Assembly (NCBI GenBank): GCA_965215015.1
Contig: OZ244042.1
Location: 1,600,001 to 1,664,000, forward strand
Direction of reading: 5' to 3'
DNA length: 64,000 bases
Origin: Candidatus Poribacteria bacterium
Lineage (GTDB): Bacteria > Poribacteria > WGA-4E > PCPOR2b
Below the pieces are notes generated by a model. That model was not told the DNA's origin, ran no database searches, and was given only the letters and a program-made list of their open reading frames with translations. Position numbers and translations under genes: made by a program. Shown here one piece after another: positions 46,592 through 57,013 of the stretch (position 1 is its first letter; each line of letters opens with the position of its first letter).

Positions 46592-48412
46592 TTATCGCTC
46601 AATAATAGGTAAAACCACATGCGACGGGTATTCAGACTCATGATAAATCGTCTGCTCTGCAATCTCAAACCGCCGCTCGACCCCCAAATCACCACCCGTG
46701 TTCGGGTTCACATCGAAGCGGGGCCAATTGCTGCTGGAAATGTCTAAGCGAATCCGGTGCCCCTTCTTGAAGATGTTGGAAGTCGGATAAAGTTCAAAGA
46801 CGAATTCGTAGACCTCCCCCGGCTCCAGTAACTCTGGAGCCTCCCAACCGTTGCGATAACGCGCGCGGATGATGGAATCTGTCAGGTTGATGGCAAGTCC
46901 ATCGGGATAGTCATCGCTCAATGGACAGACGTCGATTAGTTTAGCTGTGAAGTCGGTATCGCGGGCAGATGATGAGGCGTGGAGTTTGACTGTAATTGGT
47001 CCTGTGACTTCCACATCATTCTCTAACGGAGGGGTCTGGAAGGTCAGCACATCGCTGCGAGCATTGAGGGGAAGGGTGTCTGCACAGCCAAAGAATCTGG
47101 AGCTCCCACGCTGATCAAACGCGCCAGCACCCATGATTGGGTCAGCAGCGGAAATCCCACCGCCGATGGTTGGGACGGGATCACGTGGATCAAAGCTAAA
47201 GCGACTTGTTGAGTCATCAACCGTTGGTAGAGTAATAGACAGCTCGCCCTCAGCGTGAAGATAGTAAGGCGTGAACTGGGTATCGGGCAGGGGAAAGTCC
47301 TGCTCGTCGCGCCAATAGCCGCTGTGATGGAGACGTCCCTGATAGTTAGGCGTCCCCTCGCCGCTGCCCATCACGAAAATCTTGACCGGCGACCAATCGG
47401 AAACCTCTGTGTGCATCCCTTTGAGGAAGTGGTCGAACCACGCCAACCGAAAATCGTTGTAGTTAATAAAGGAGTGATTCCCGAAATCAACGTCACCTGC
47501 ATTCGATACACCCCAGCCACCGTGCGTCCACGGTCCCATCAACAGCACCTGCCGCGACTTTTTCATTTTGCTGAGTGCGATATAATTCTCGCAGGTTGCC
47601 CGTGCATACGAGTCATACCACCCACCAAGGTAGAGTGTCGGTACATCCGCGTGCTCTTCGTAATACTGCGAAATAGCATACCCGCGTTGCTGCCAGTAAT
47701 CATCATATTCTCCGTGCGTGAATAGATCGAGCACCCACTGTTCGTAATTCGGCAACATCCGCAACGGCGATGTGCCTTTCTTGAGCGGTGCACGAGACAC
47801 CCACTCGCCCACATTTGCAAACGCCCTGTCAACCGCGGCCTTGATGTTAGCATCGGCGAACGCTTCCTGGCTGGTGGTCGCCATTCGGAAGGCATAAATC
47901 ATGAACCGTTGTTCGAGCGCACCGTTTTGGCGCATTGAGCAATGATAGTAATTCGACGCGCCAACGGCGACAATCATCGTCGAAAGGTGCGGCGGGTTGA
48001 GCGTTGCTAGCGCGGACTGGTCGCTGCCACAATACGACGCGCCCATTGTGCCGACCTGTCCATCACTCCACTCTTGAGAGGCGAGCCATTCCACCGTATC
48101 ATAGCCATCGGGAGCTTCTTTAGCGAAGGGATACCACTCGCCACCGCTGGCGAATCTGCCTCGCACATCCTGAATCGCACAGACGTAGCCTCGCCGGGCA
48201 TAGTAGGTTCCGTTCGTCACATTCCCCGCCCCTGCTTTGTCATAGGGGGTACGTTCCAAGATGACCGGAAATTTTCCTGACGCTAACTGAGCACCCAGCG
48301 CAGGAAAGTAGATGTCGGTTGCTAGACACACGCCATCACGCATCGGAACCATCACGTTGAATTGGCAAATCGCATCGTACTGCTGATGTGAACCTTGATA
48401 TGATTCTGGCAT
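46592..48412 (-). CDS. CocE/NonD family hydrolase
   Basis: VPMRDGV.LATDIY, RTPYDK, QDVRGRF.S.G, G.SY.G, GGWYD, GPWTHG, SSSNWPRFD.NPN. Confidence 0.92.
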   Translation of the reverse strand: MPESYQGSHQQYDAICQFNVMVPMRDGVCLATDIYFPALGAQLASGKFPVILERTPYDKAGAGNVTNGTYYARRGYVCAIQDVRGRFASGGEWYPFAKEAPDGYDTVEWLASQEWSDGQVGTMGASYCGSDQSALATLNPPHLSTMIVAVGASNYYHCSMRQNGALEQRFMIYAFRMATTSQEAFADANIKAAVDRAFANVGEWVSRAPLKKGTSPLRMLPNYEQWVLDLFTHGEYDDYWQQRGYAISQYYEEHADVPTLYLGGWYDSYARATCENYIALSKMKKSRQVLLMGPWTHGGWGVSNAGDVDFGNHSFINYNDFRLAWFDHFLKGMHTEVSDWSPVKIFVMGSGEGTPNYQGRLHHSGYWRDEQDFPLPDTQFTPYYLHAEGELSITLPTVDDSTSRFSFDPRDPVPTIGGGISAADPIMGAGAFDQRGSSRFFGCADTLPLNARSDVLTFQTPPLENDVEVTGPITVKLHASSSARDTDFTAKLIDVCPLSDDYPDGLAINLTDSIIRARYRNGWEAPELLEPGEVYEFVFELYPTSNIFKKGHRIRLDISSSNWPRFDVNPNTGGDLGVERRFEIAEQTIYHESEYPSHVVLPIIER

Positions 48413-48536
48413 AAGTTTTCTCCTCAGAAAAAGCATGTTGAGAGGTCTTGTTAAACTCTGATTCTAAGGGAAGCGTTTAATCTATCATATTAACAGACAA
48501 AGGGGGGGGCTGCAACAAAAATTCGATATTTCTTTG

Positions 48537-48565
48537 TTGACATCAGTCTACAAGTAGGATAACCT
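48537..48565 (+). promoter_or_regulatory. Sigma70-type promoter for phyH-msrP
   Basis: TTGACA-N17-TAACCT. Confidence 0.55.
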
Positions 48566-48670
48566 AAATGTTGTGCCCCCAATTTTTTCACATGAAAGTT
48601 CTTAATCGGAATAAAAAAGTTGGCTCACCATTTTTTATTTTAGAGCTCGACGACATTTGGAGGAATCACG

Positions 48671-49510
48671 ATGGACACACCACGTATTGATGACCGTGAC
48701 TGGTCAGCCTTGACGCTTGGCGAGCGAATTCGCCAGATCGAAGTTGAAGGCTATCTCTTACTACCAGACCTACTGTCTTCTGACCACGTCGCTCGACTCA
48801 AGTCGGAGACCGCAAAGTTGGAAACCACACCGGTGGATTACAGCGTACATCAACGGGGATGTCCGAACCTCCAATTCAGAGGGGGGGCTATCACGGAACT
48901 GCTTGCCCATCCTCCGACGCTTTCCTTTTTGCGAGAACTTTTTGGCGACGAAATTATCATGATGAGCTACGGCTACGCCCGTTCTGAACCGGGGCATCCG
49001 GGGATTAGCCTACACACGGACGGACAACCCTACGGTTCTCAAATTTTCGGTTACGATGGCAGCGTTCCCTTTATGGTCCGGGTGCTGTATTACCTTGACG
49101 ACCTCACTCCGGAGGTTTCGCCGTTCCGCGTCATCCCCCGATCTCACCTCTCGATGCACGCCGATGCGAATCCCTACAAACGTTTCGAGTCGCACCCCGA
49201 AGAGGTGATGGTCCCTGCGAAAGCGGGCTCAGCGGTACTGATTAACCACAAAGTTTTTCATGGGAACTATCCTAATGTTGGCGCCTATCCGCGTGAAATG
49301 CTTGCCATCGCTTATCGGCCGGGCTGGGCGGGCCCCCAGAACAAAGTATCAACTTGGGAGGAGGCGGATTTAGCGAAGCTGCCAGATTCCGTCAGGCCAT
49401 TACTCGGCGATCGCAACACCCGCTACTGGGATTATCACGGCGGCAACAAACCGCTAAACATGAAAAAAGAAGCACCGGGAATGAACCCAAGTCGGTGGGA
49501 GCGGGTGTAA
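48671..49510 (+). CDS. Phytanoyl-CoA dioxygenase (PhyH) family protein
   Basis: LHTD, YLDDL...PFRVIPRSH, KAGS...FHGN.PN. Confidence 0.85.
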   Translation: MDTPRIDDRDWSALTLGERIRQIEVEGYLLLPDLLSSDHVARLKSETAKLETTPVDYSVHQRGCPNLQFRGGAITELLAHPPTLSFLRELFGDEIIMMSYGYARSEPGHPGISLHTDGQPYGSQIFGYDGSVPFMVRVLYYLDDLTPEVSPFRVIPRSHLSMHADANPYKRFESHPEEVMVPAKAGSAVLINHKVFHGNYPNVGAYPREMLAIAYRPGWAGPQNKVSTWEEADLAKLPDSVRPLLGDRNTRYWDYHGGNKPLNMKKEAPGMNPSRWERV

Positions 49511-49552
49511 GGAAGTGTAGGACAGATTAAAACAGAAAGAGGGTATAAATTC

Positions 49553-50539
49553 ATGGCAAACATCCACATTCCAAAAACTTGGAAGATCCCAGAGAGGGAG
49601 GTTACGTCGGAAGCAGCTTTTATGAATCGGAGGCGGTTCTTGACGACACTGGCCGGTGCAGGTTTGAGCATCGCCGGCGGATCCATTCTCGGTTGCGCGA
49701 GTGAATCAGAGTCAAAGACGCCTCCCCAAATAGACCCGAACCTGATGAAATTTGAATCGGTCAAACGGAATCCAGCCTTTGCGAAGGTTGACCGCCCCAT
49801 CACCGACGAAGCTCTTGCCGCCAAGTACAACAATTTCTATGAATTCGGCGGTTCAAAATCAATCTGGGAAGCGGCGCAGGCGTTGCCGACCGAAAACTGG
49901 AAAGTCGAGGTTACCGGCTTAGTCAGGAATCCCCGCACCTATGACTTGGACGACTTCAAGAAGAAATTCCCCCTTGAAGAGCGAGTTTATCGCTTCCGTT
50001 GTGTTGAGGCGTGGGCGATGGTTGTGCCCTGGCTCGGCTTCCCGATGAAGCGGATTATCGATGATGTTGAGCCGACATCGGAAGGGAGATTTGTTCGCTT
50101 CATCTCGTATTACAATCAGAAGATCACCAAAGGACCAGGGCTTAATTTGTCTCGACATCCTTGGCCCTATACGGAAGGGCTCCGCACCGACGAAATGGCA
50201 AATGATCTAGCGTTTTTTGCCATTGGTATCTATGGGCACGAACTCCCAAAACAACACGGTGCTCCCATCCGCGAAGTGGTACCGTGGAAATACGGCTTCA
50301 AGGGTGCCAAATCCATCGTAAAAATTGAGTTTCTTAACTATCAACCGAAGACGTTCTGGAATACCCTTCAACCGCACGAATACGGTTTTGAGGCAAATGT
50401 GGAACCCGATGTGCCGCACCCACGGTGGTCGCAAGCCTCCGAACGGATGATTGGTTCCGGGCCAACCTTCATGTGGAAAAGACGTCCGACGCTGCTCTAC
50501 AACGGTTATGCCGAATATGTTGCACACCTTTACGGTTGA
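49553..50539 (+). CDS. msrP: Protein-methionine-sulfoxide reductase catalytic subunit MsrP
   Basis: Tat motif NRRRFL; YNNFYEFG, EERVYRFRCVEAW, HGAPIR.VVPWKYGFK..KSIV, HPRWSQA.ER. Confidence 0.93.
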   Translation: MANIHIPKTWKIPEREVTSEAAFMNRRRFLTTLAGAGLSIAGGSILGCASESESKTPPQIDPNLMKFESVKRNPAFAKVDRPITDEALAAKYNNFYEFGGSKSIWEAAQALPTENWKVEVTGLVRNPRTYDLDDFKKKFPLEERVYRFRCVEAWAMVVPWLGFPMKRIIDDVEPTSEGRFVRFISYYNQKITKGPGLNLSRHPWPYTEGLRTDEMANDLAFFAIGIYGHELPKQHGAPIREVVPWKYGFKGAKSIVKIEFLNYQPKTFWNTLQPHEYGFEANVEPDVPHPRWSQASERMIGSGPTFMWKRRPTLLYNGYAEYVAHLYG

Positions 50540-50593
50540 TGCACTGCTAATTGCAGGCAATCAATAGATTAGATTTTAGTGCTCTGCTCATTT

Positions 50594-51838
50594 TCAGACT
50601 AATTCTGCAACATGGGTCGCAACTTTTCGGAAGGCTTCAATGTACTGGTCTAACAGTGCCTTGTTCGGTCTGGAGAAAACCGGAATGGTGAATAGGTCTT
50701 CGCGTGGGTTCTCGGAGATGGGTAGGTCTCCTTTCTGATATGTTACTTCTCGTTTATTTTCAGGGCGAGTGAAAGCCGGGTGGTTGCGCTCTTGGAATAC
50801 TGCTGACAGGTGGTCCCTGCCGCCCGGTGCACCACTACTTACGTTTGCGCCTTCTGCCCGTAGGGCTTCAATGAATTTCTCTTTCGACAATCCGCTGAGT
50901 TCTTCAGGGGCATAGCGGACATAGGGGCGACTGTAATACCCACGGAAATTATCAGTCGAAGGCTTGATTGGATAAATTCCCGGACACTCTGCAATACCGT
51001 CCATCAGATACATCACGTTGTGGTCACGGCATTTGTTACGCGCATCAAGATGTCGGAGTTGAACGCGAGCAATAGCGGCGGAGATTGGGGCGATGCGGTA
51101 TTTGTATCCAAAGCAGGTGCTGGCATACTTACGATATCTCTCTTCGGGAAGATCGCGAATCCGTTCATAGTGGCCGAGGCAGATTGCCCGCTCGTAATAC
51201 GCCAGATTGTCCGTAATCATCACGCCCCCTTCGCCGCTTGGTAAGAGCTTGCCCCCCTGCATACTGAAACACCCCACATCGCCGATTGTCCCGACCTTTT
51301 TACTTTTGTAAGTTGCACCGTGAGCGTGCGAGCAGTCTTCAATCACAAAGATATTATGATTCTTGGCTATTTCCATAATGGCGTCCATCTCCGCTGGCAT
51401 CCCACCGAGATGGACGACAATAATCGCTTTTGTGCAGGGGGAGATCTGCCGCTCGATAGCTTCTGGATCAGCACAGCCGGTGAACGGATCAATATCGCAG
51501 AAGACCGGAATCGCTTGGCAGGAGAGGATGGGCATATACGTGCCCCAAAACGTTGCGGCAGGGGTGATGACTTCATCACCGGGCCCAACCCCAATTCCGA
51601 ACAACGCCCCATGAATCGAAGCGGTCCCGTTGTTATGCGCCAAGGCATACTTGACACCGTGATAAGCGGCAAATTCCTCCTCAAATTTGTAGATAGTATC
51701 TGAAACCGAAATCTCCCCGCTTTGCAATTGGCTGACAACCGCTTCGGTGACCTCGTCATCAATAATAGGCCACTGCGACGCTTCACTTTGGTCCAAGGTA
51801 ATGGCCTTGTCGCCGCCTTGAATCGCTAATTTGTTCAT
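50594..51838 (-). CDS. DegT/DnrJ/EryC1/StrS aminotransferase
   Basis: FEEEFAAY.G, GPGDEVI, IEDCSHAHGA, FSMQGGK...GEGG. Confidence 0.9.
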   Translation of the reverse strand: MNKLAIQGGDKAITLDQSEASQWPIIDDEVTEAVVSQLQSGEISVSDTIYKFEEEFAAYHGVKYALAHNNGTASIHGALFGIGVGPGDEVITPAATFWGTYMPILSCQAIPVFCDIDPFTGCADPEAIERQISPCTKAIIVVHLGGMPAEMDAIMEIAKNHNIFVIEDCSHAHGATYKSKKVGTIGDVGCFSMQGGKLLPSGEGGVMITDNLAYYERAICLGHYERIRDLPEERYRKYASTCFGYKYRIAPISAAIARVQLRHLDARNKCRDHNVMYLMDGIAECPGIYPIKPSTDNFRGYYSRPYVRYAPEELSGLSKEKFIEALRAEGANVSSGAPGGRDHLSAVFQERNHPAFTRPENKREVTYQKGDLPISENPREDLFTIPVFSRPNKALLDQYIEAFRKVATHVAELV

Positions 51839-51929
51839 GGACTCCTCCTCGCTGGGGCCTTTCGTCATGAGAGCCAGAAATTTACGCCGATGGAGATATT
51901 TGTGTGAAATGTTTGGGGTTCAGTTTAGT

Positions 51930-52300
51930 ACTAAATCTCTCGGTCCAGGGGATGGCAAACTGTTCCGTTCCGTTGATGAAGGCGATACATGGACAGATAT
52001 AAGCCGACGCCTGCCAAATTGGGAGTTGCAAGTGACGCGGAATTGCCAAGAAGAGGGCTACGATTTGGTCTTCAACGGCGGGACGATTTATGCCGGAACG
52101 CGAGATGATGTTTTTCACTCGACAGATGGCGGTGAGATATGGACGTCAATTGTTGCCGGATTACCTGACGGCTACATTGAGGTGCAGCTTGTCGCTGGTG
52201 CAACGCTCTATGGGACAAACTCTCATGGAATCTTCCGCTTGACGCACGGATCAGATTCATGGGAGAAAATCGCTTCAATGCAACTGAGGTATTCCGACTT
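51930..52300 (+). pseudogene. Fragment of a BNR/Asp-box beta-propeller gene
   Basis: RSVDEGDTW and HSTDGGEIW Asp-box motifs; no credible start or end. Confidence 0.55.
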
Positions 52301-52418
52301 TCGCTGGATGAGTAAACCGTGTGCTACATCTTTACCCATTCCCAATCGACAATCTCTATCGTTACAGCGTTGATGATAAACCGTTGGCGTAAGACCAGTT
52401 CCCATCTGATAGTGCACA

Positions 52419-53027
52419 CTAATCCGATAGCTTCGCTTTGGGTTGAGAGGGTTCCGTGATCAATTTCTCAATCACCGTTTTCAATTCTTGATAAGCCCGT
52501 TGGGCTTCTGTTCGTGTTTCGTTTTCCCCTTTGTAATACTCACCGCCCGGATGGATATAGCGAATCTTTCCCCGCTTATCTATGAGAAAGCTGACCGAAG
52601 TCCATCGGTGTCTGCCCTTAGCCAGCCAATAACGTCTCAAGGTTCTCCAATCCATATCCAACGCAATCGGAAATTCAAAGCCGAGCCGCTTCACTGTCTT
52701 CTCAAGTGCCTTTTGACGACGCGGTCCGGGCGGCTTCGGATGATACATCCCAATCACAATCAAACCCTTATCCTTGAAGATGTCGTGAAATTCGTTCAGC
52801 GCGGGCGCACTACGGGCACAAAATGGGCATGTCTCCGTCCACCAACGAATGAGAACCACCTTGTCCTCCAACTCGTTCAGCTGGAGCGGCTGCGAATTCA
52901 ACCACTTCAGTGTGCCCCATTCTGGAGCCGGTTTCCCGACTAATTCGTCGCCTTCCTTCGCGATAAGTCCTTGATTGATAATCAGCAGCATCAACAGGAA
53001 GATGCTGCCTATCCGTAGATTGTGCAT
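52419..53027 (-). CDS. TlpA/redoxin family thiol-disulfide protein
   Basis: Signal peptide; GKPAPE, WWTETCPFC, FLIDKRGKIRY. Confidence 0.85.
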   Translation of the reverse strand: MHNLRIGSIFLLMLLIINQGLIAKEGDELVGKPAPEWGTLKWLNSQPLQLNELEDKVVLIRWWTETCPFCARSAPALNEFHDIFKDKGLIVIGMYHPKPPGPRRQKALEKTVKRLGFEFPIALDMDWRTLRRYWLAKGRHRWTSVSFLIDKRGKIRYIHPGGEYYKGENETRTEAQRAYQELKTVIEKLITEPSQPKAKLSD

Positions 53028-53870
53028 TTAGCCCCTCTGAAAAAGCTGCCAACTTCGCCCCGGTAAATCTGTGCGGAAATACTCGACATTGCCTCGGTCG
53101 GCGAGTGTAACATAACAGGTACGTCCATCGGGACCGCCGAAGGCGAGGTTGGTGCACTGCTTGCCAGCAAGTTCAACCTCTATCAGTACCTCACCTTGCG
53201 GAGAGATTTTAGCAATCGTGCCTTTGCCGTGGCGCGTCACATAGAGATTGCCTTCAATATCGCAGCGCATACCATCAAACCCAAAATCGGGAAACTGGAT
53301 CAGTAATCGTTTGTCCCTAACCTCTCCAGTAGCGGATAGATCGTACGCCCAGATGTTGCGTTGTACGCTTTCATTGACGTAAAGGGTGCGCTCATCGGGG
53401 CTGACTTCAATACCATTGGTCGTCCCCATATCCGCCTCAAGCAGCGTCACTATGCCATCTGTGTCAATACGCCAAATTTGCCCCGTTGATTCCGCCCAAT
53501 TCGGATCGCTGGCGTAGACCATATCGTTGGAGCCGATGGCGATATCGTTTGGTTGATTCATGGTTGGCTCATGGGCGTAAATGCTGATCTCCCGTGTCCC
53601 CATATTAACCTTGAGGATGTTGTGGTTGGTATGGTCGGCGATAAGCATGGAACCTGCGCTGTCGAAACGGATGCCATTTCCGATGCTGCCGTTGGGCAGT
53701 TCGACAAATACGCTACATTTTCCCACCGGGGTAACCTTCCCGATCGTATGCTGCCGTACATAGTTGACAGCGTAGAGATTGCCATCGGCGTCGCAAGCGG
53801 GCCCCTCGATGCCAGAGGTAAAACCATCCTGTTCTGTGAAAACATGACTCATAAAAAGTTCTTCGATCAT
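53028..53870 (-). CDS. SMP-30/gluconolactonase family protein
   Basis: EGPA, NQPND, NGIEVSPD, DGMRCD.EGNLYV, TNLAFGGPD. Confidence 0.9.
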   Translation of the reverse strand: MIEELFMSHVFTEQDGFTSGIEGPACDADGNLYAVNYVRQHTIGKVTPVGKCSVFVELPNGSIGNGIRFDSAGSMLIADHTNHNILKVNMGTREISIYAHEPTMNQPNDIAIGSNDMVYASDPNWAESTGQIWRIDTDGIVTLLEADMGTTNGIEVSPDERTLYVNESVQRNIWAYDLSATGEVRDKRLLIQFPDFGFDGMRCDIEGNLYVTRHGKGTIAKISPQGEVLIEVELAGKQCTNLAFGGPDGRTCYVTLADRGNVEYFRTDLPGRSWQLFQRG

Positions 53871-53969
53871 TAGGACAAGCTCCCTTTCCTATGGAATAAT
53901 ATCGCTCTATTTTGGTTGAACCCTCCCGTTGAGTGAATGCAAAAATAGAGTTGCAAGACTCCCCGGCTT

Positions 53970-55271
53970 TTACCCACCAAGCGGCGGCATAAATTCAGCC
54001 TGTGCATCCAACAACCGATCAATCGTTGTGCGAATCTCTGACAAGGTTAATTGTGCGGCAGTATTTGGATCAACCAATCCCGCGTGATAGGCATATTCTC
54101 GGTTCTCCTCCAGGATAGCGCGCACCGTCAACCCTTGCATGTTGATATTAGTCTGGCAGAGTGCCGCGCATTGGGGTGGTAGCGCACCGACATAGCACGG
54201 CTGCAACCCAGCGCGAGTAACGAGTGTTGGCACTTCAACGCAACAGCCAACGGGGAGATTGGTGACGAGATCGGTGTTGAGCACGTTTCCGTAAATGCAG
54301 GCGGGGGTATCGGTTTCCATCGCGTGAATAATGATCGCTGCATATTCGTGGGAGCGACGCAGCTCAATCGGTGCCGATTCCGCTTCGCGCTTTGCCTGTG
54401 CTATTCGTTCCTCCCGGTCTGTATGTTGATTAACAAAGCTTTCGGCGGTACGATTTTCAAGATTTAATCGCGTCATTTCGTCGACGTGTTGCATGAAGTA
54501 AGGCACGTACTCTGCCATGTGGCGCGAAGACTCGGTCACAAATCGACCGAAATGCTTCAGGATTTCAAAGCGCACCGGATCGCGGGCGACGATTTCAGGG
54601 TCTTCAAGGCAAGTGTTCAGGCGCGGGTAGAGTGTTTCGCCATCTTGCGAAAGCTCCAAAAACCACGCCATGTGATTAATCCCCGCAACTCTATAGCGAA
54701 GATTCTCATAGTCCACGCCCATGTAGTCCGCCAGTTGCTTACTGGTACCCTGCACACTGTGGCATAGCCCCACGCCAGAGATACTCGTCGCCTCCAACAC
54801 AGCCCACATAATCATCGCCATCGGATTGGTGTAGTTGAGCATTGGGGCGTCCGGACAGAGCCGCTCCATATCACGAGCGATGTCAAGCATGGCAGGGATG
54901 GTGCGTAATCCTTTCATCAGTCCGCCGATGCCGACAGTGTCAGAGACAGTTTGCTGAAGTCCGCCGACATCAAGTGGAATTTGCACGTCCAACGCTTCTA
55001 GCCCCATCTTGGTGCCCACCCGAATAGAGGCGATGACATAATTGGCACCGTCCAACGCGGGCTTGCGGTCTGTTGACGCAGCAATCTGTGTGGGTAGATT
55101 CAGCTCACGAACGATACGTTGGGCATAGGTGTGGGTCAACGCCAACCGTTCACTATCGGGGTCTACAAGGTGGATGGTTGAATCTACCAGTTCTGGAAAT
55201 GAAAGGAGATCTCCAATCAGGCGTCTACCGAAGCCGAAACTCCCTGCACCGAGGAAAGCGATTTTAGCCAT
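53970..55271 (-). CDS. melA: Family 4 glycoside hydrolase, alpha-galactosidase-like
   Basis: KIAFLGAGS, DTVGIGG..KGLRTIP, NYTNPM, GLCHSVQ, AGINHMAW, TESS.H.AEYVPYF. Confidence 0.85.
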   Translation of the reverse strand: MAKIAFLGAGSFGFGRRLIGDLLSFPELVDSTIHLVDPDSERLALTHTYAQRIVRELNLPTQIAASTDRKPALDGANYVIASIRVGTKMGLEALDVQIPLDVGGLQQTVSDTVGIGGLMKGLRTIPAMLDIARDMERLCPDAPMLNYTNPMAMIMWAVLEATSISGVGLCHSVQGTSKQLADYMGVDYENLRYRVAGINHMAWFLELSQDGETLYPRLNTCLEDPEIVARDPVRFEILKHFGRFVTESSRHMAEYVPYFMQHVDEMTRLNLENRTAESFVNQHTDREERIAQAKREAESAPIELRRSHEYAAIIIHAMETDTPACIYGNVLNTDLVTNLPVGCCVEVPTLVTRAGLQPCYVGALPPQCAALCQTNINMQGLTVRAILEENREYAYHAGLVDPNTAAQLTLSEIRTTIDRLLDAQAEFMPPLGG

Positions 55272-55424
55272 AACAAGCCCTACCTCCAATCGGATTTCAC
55301 TAAATGAATAGTATTGGCTTTATTCTATCACGATTTAGGGGTTAGATCAACAGGGAGATCTAATAATTTCAAGGCAATCGCATGTACATATGGTGTAGGA
55401 CTTTGGCATGGGACAATGGAAATC

Positions 55425-55473
55425 CACAGGTTTCCTAACCTGTGACCGCCCGCGGGTTAAGGAAACCCCGCTA
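55425..55473. repeat. REP-like palindrome pair
   Basis: CACAGGTTTCCTAACCTGTG followed by GCGGGTTAAGGAAACCCCGC. Confidence 0.45.
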
Positions 55474-55579
55474 TCATTATAGTCAGTCTCTGCGCCATGA
55501 CAGCGGTTACTCCCAGGTGCTGATTTCTCAACTACCTAATTTCTATAACAAATGTAATTCTCCTGCTAACAATTTTGGG

Positions 55580-55608
55580 TTGACTAGAAGGAAGCATTCT
55601 GGTAGAGT
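55580..55608 (+). promoter_or_regulatory. Sigma70-type promoter
   Basis: TTGACT-N17-TAGAGT with TGn extended -10. Confidence 0.45.
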
Positions 55609-55708
55609 TTGTGAAGGAAGGTTGCATTATAACCGAAATGAAGGACTGCTATCCGCTAACTAATAAACCATTCCTATAATAATATCTTCGCGAAAGAGGG
55701 GGATTGAC

Positions 55709-56875
55709 ATGCCAAGAAACTGCTTTGGAGAAGAGGAACTGACCTATCTGCGAGAGGTCATCGCAAGTCAAGACGCATGGCGGTGGGGACGAAGCAATTT
55801 CGTTCCGAGATTTGAGGAGGCATTCGGGGCGCATCTCGGTCGGAAATATGTTCACGCCATAAACTCTGGAACCAGTGCCAATACAACGGCTTACGCTAGT
55901 TTGGGGTTGGACGCGGGTGATGAGATTATCTGCCCGGCTGTTGCACCAATTTTCGTGTCCTTCCCAGTCGTTGCGATTGGCTGCGTGCCTGTATTTGCTG
56001 ATGTAGATCCTAGGACACAGATTATTTCGGCTGAGGGGGTTGAAGCGCGTATCACGCCCCGGACACGCGCGGTGGTGGTCGTCCATCTGAACGGTCAACC
56101 GGCTATGATGAGCGAGATTGTGGATGTCGCAAGGAAGCATAACCTGAAAGTTGTGGAGGACTGCTCACAGTCCTACGATGCTTACTACAAGGGGCGAAAG
56201 GTCGGCACCATTGGTGATGTCGCTTGCTTCTCCATGCAGCAATCGAAGCATATCACCTCGGGCGAAGGGGGAATGATTGCCACGGACAATCCAGAACTCT
56301 ATAAACGTGCAACGGAGTTCTCAAACTCCGGGATGCCGTGGTATCTGTACGGCTTGGAGAGACCGGAGGCAAAACCTGTCAACGGTTTGCCAACGCGGGG
56401 GCATTTCTCGTTTGGCCACGATTTCCGCTTCAGCGAACTTCAGGGCGCGGTAGCATTCGCGCAGTTGGAAAAAATTGACCGGTTCAACGCCCGGCGGCGA
56501 GAGCTTGTCGAAAAGATCAGGACCAAACTGTGTAATGTTCCGGGGGTGAGGCTGGCGTACGTGTATCCAGAAACCCAGCCCAATTACTGGGTGTATCCGG
56601 TATGGGGACCCGAATCATTGGGGTGTAGGGGTGAAATTAACTACATCGAAGTGGAGTATCAGCGTATGCAAGCGATGCGGCAGACTTCTGTTGGCGTGCC
56701 GCTGCCTGACTACGTACAATATGTTCCCGGTTCATGTCCAAATGCGGAGAAATCAACCCGAGGCGCGTGGAGCTTTTTTGTCCACCATAGCGTCGAAGAC
56801 GACGAACTGGAAAAGTCAATCCGTGAATTCAAGGAAAAAGTCAAGAAGACATCGCCGGGCGGTGTATTGGACTGA
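55709..56875 (+). CDS. DegT/DnrJ/EryC1/StrS aminotransferase
   Basis: FEEAF, NSGTSA, GDEII, VEDCSQS, FSMQQSKHITSGEGG. Confidence 0.9.
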   Translation: MPRNCFGEEELTYLREVIASQDAWRWGRSNFVPRFEEAFGAHLGRKYVHAINSGTSANTTAYASLGLDAGDEIICPAVAPIFVSFPVVAIGCVPVFADVDPRTQIISAEGVEARITPRTRAVVVVHLNGQPAMMSEIVDVARKHNLKVVEDCSQSYDAYYKGRKVGTIGDVACFSMQQSKHITSGEGGMIATDNPELYKRATEFSNSGMPWYLYGLERPEAKPVNGLPTRGHFSFGHDFRFSELQGAVAFAQLEKIDRFNARRRELVEKIRTKLCNVPGVRLAYVYPETQPNYWVYPVWGPESLGCRGEINYIEVEYQRMQAMRQTSVGVPLPDYVQYVPGSCPNAEKSTRGAWSFFVHHSVEDDELEKSIREFKEKVKKTSPGGVLD

Positions 56876-57013
56876 AGAATTTATAAAGCGCGAAGGTAAG
56901 CGTCAAAAATTATGTTGGGATTTTTTTCCAATCCACCGATCGAATAAAGTGTGGCGACTCGGTTAGAATAGTGATTCAGAACTTCCCTCAAGGCACATTA
57001 AGAGGATATCAAA

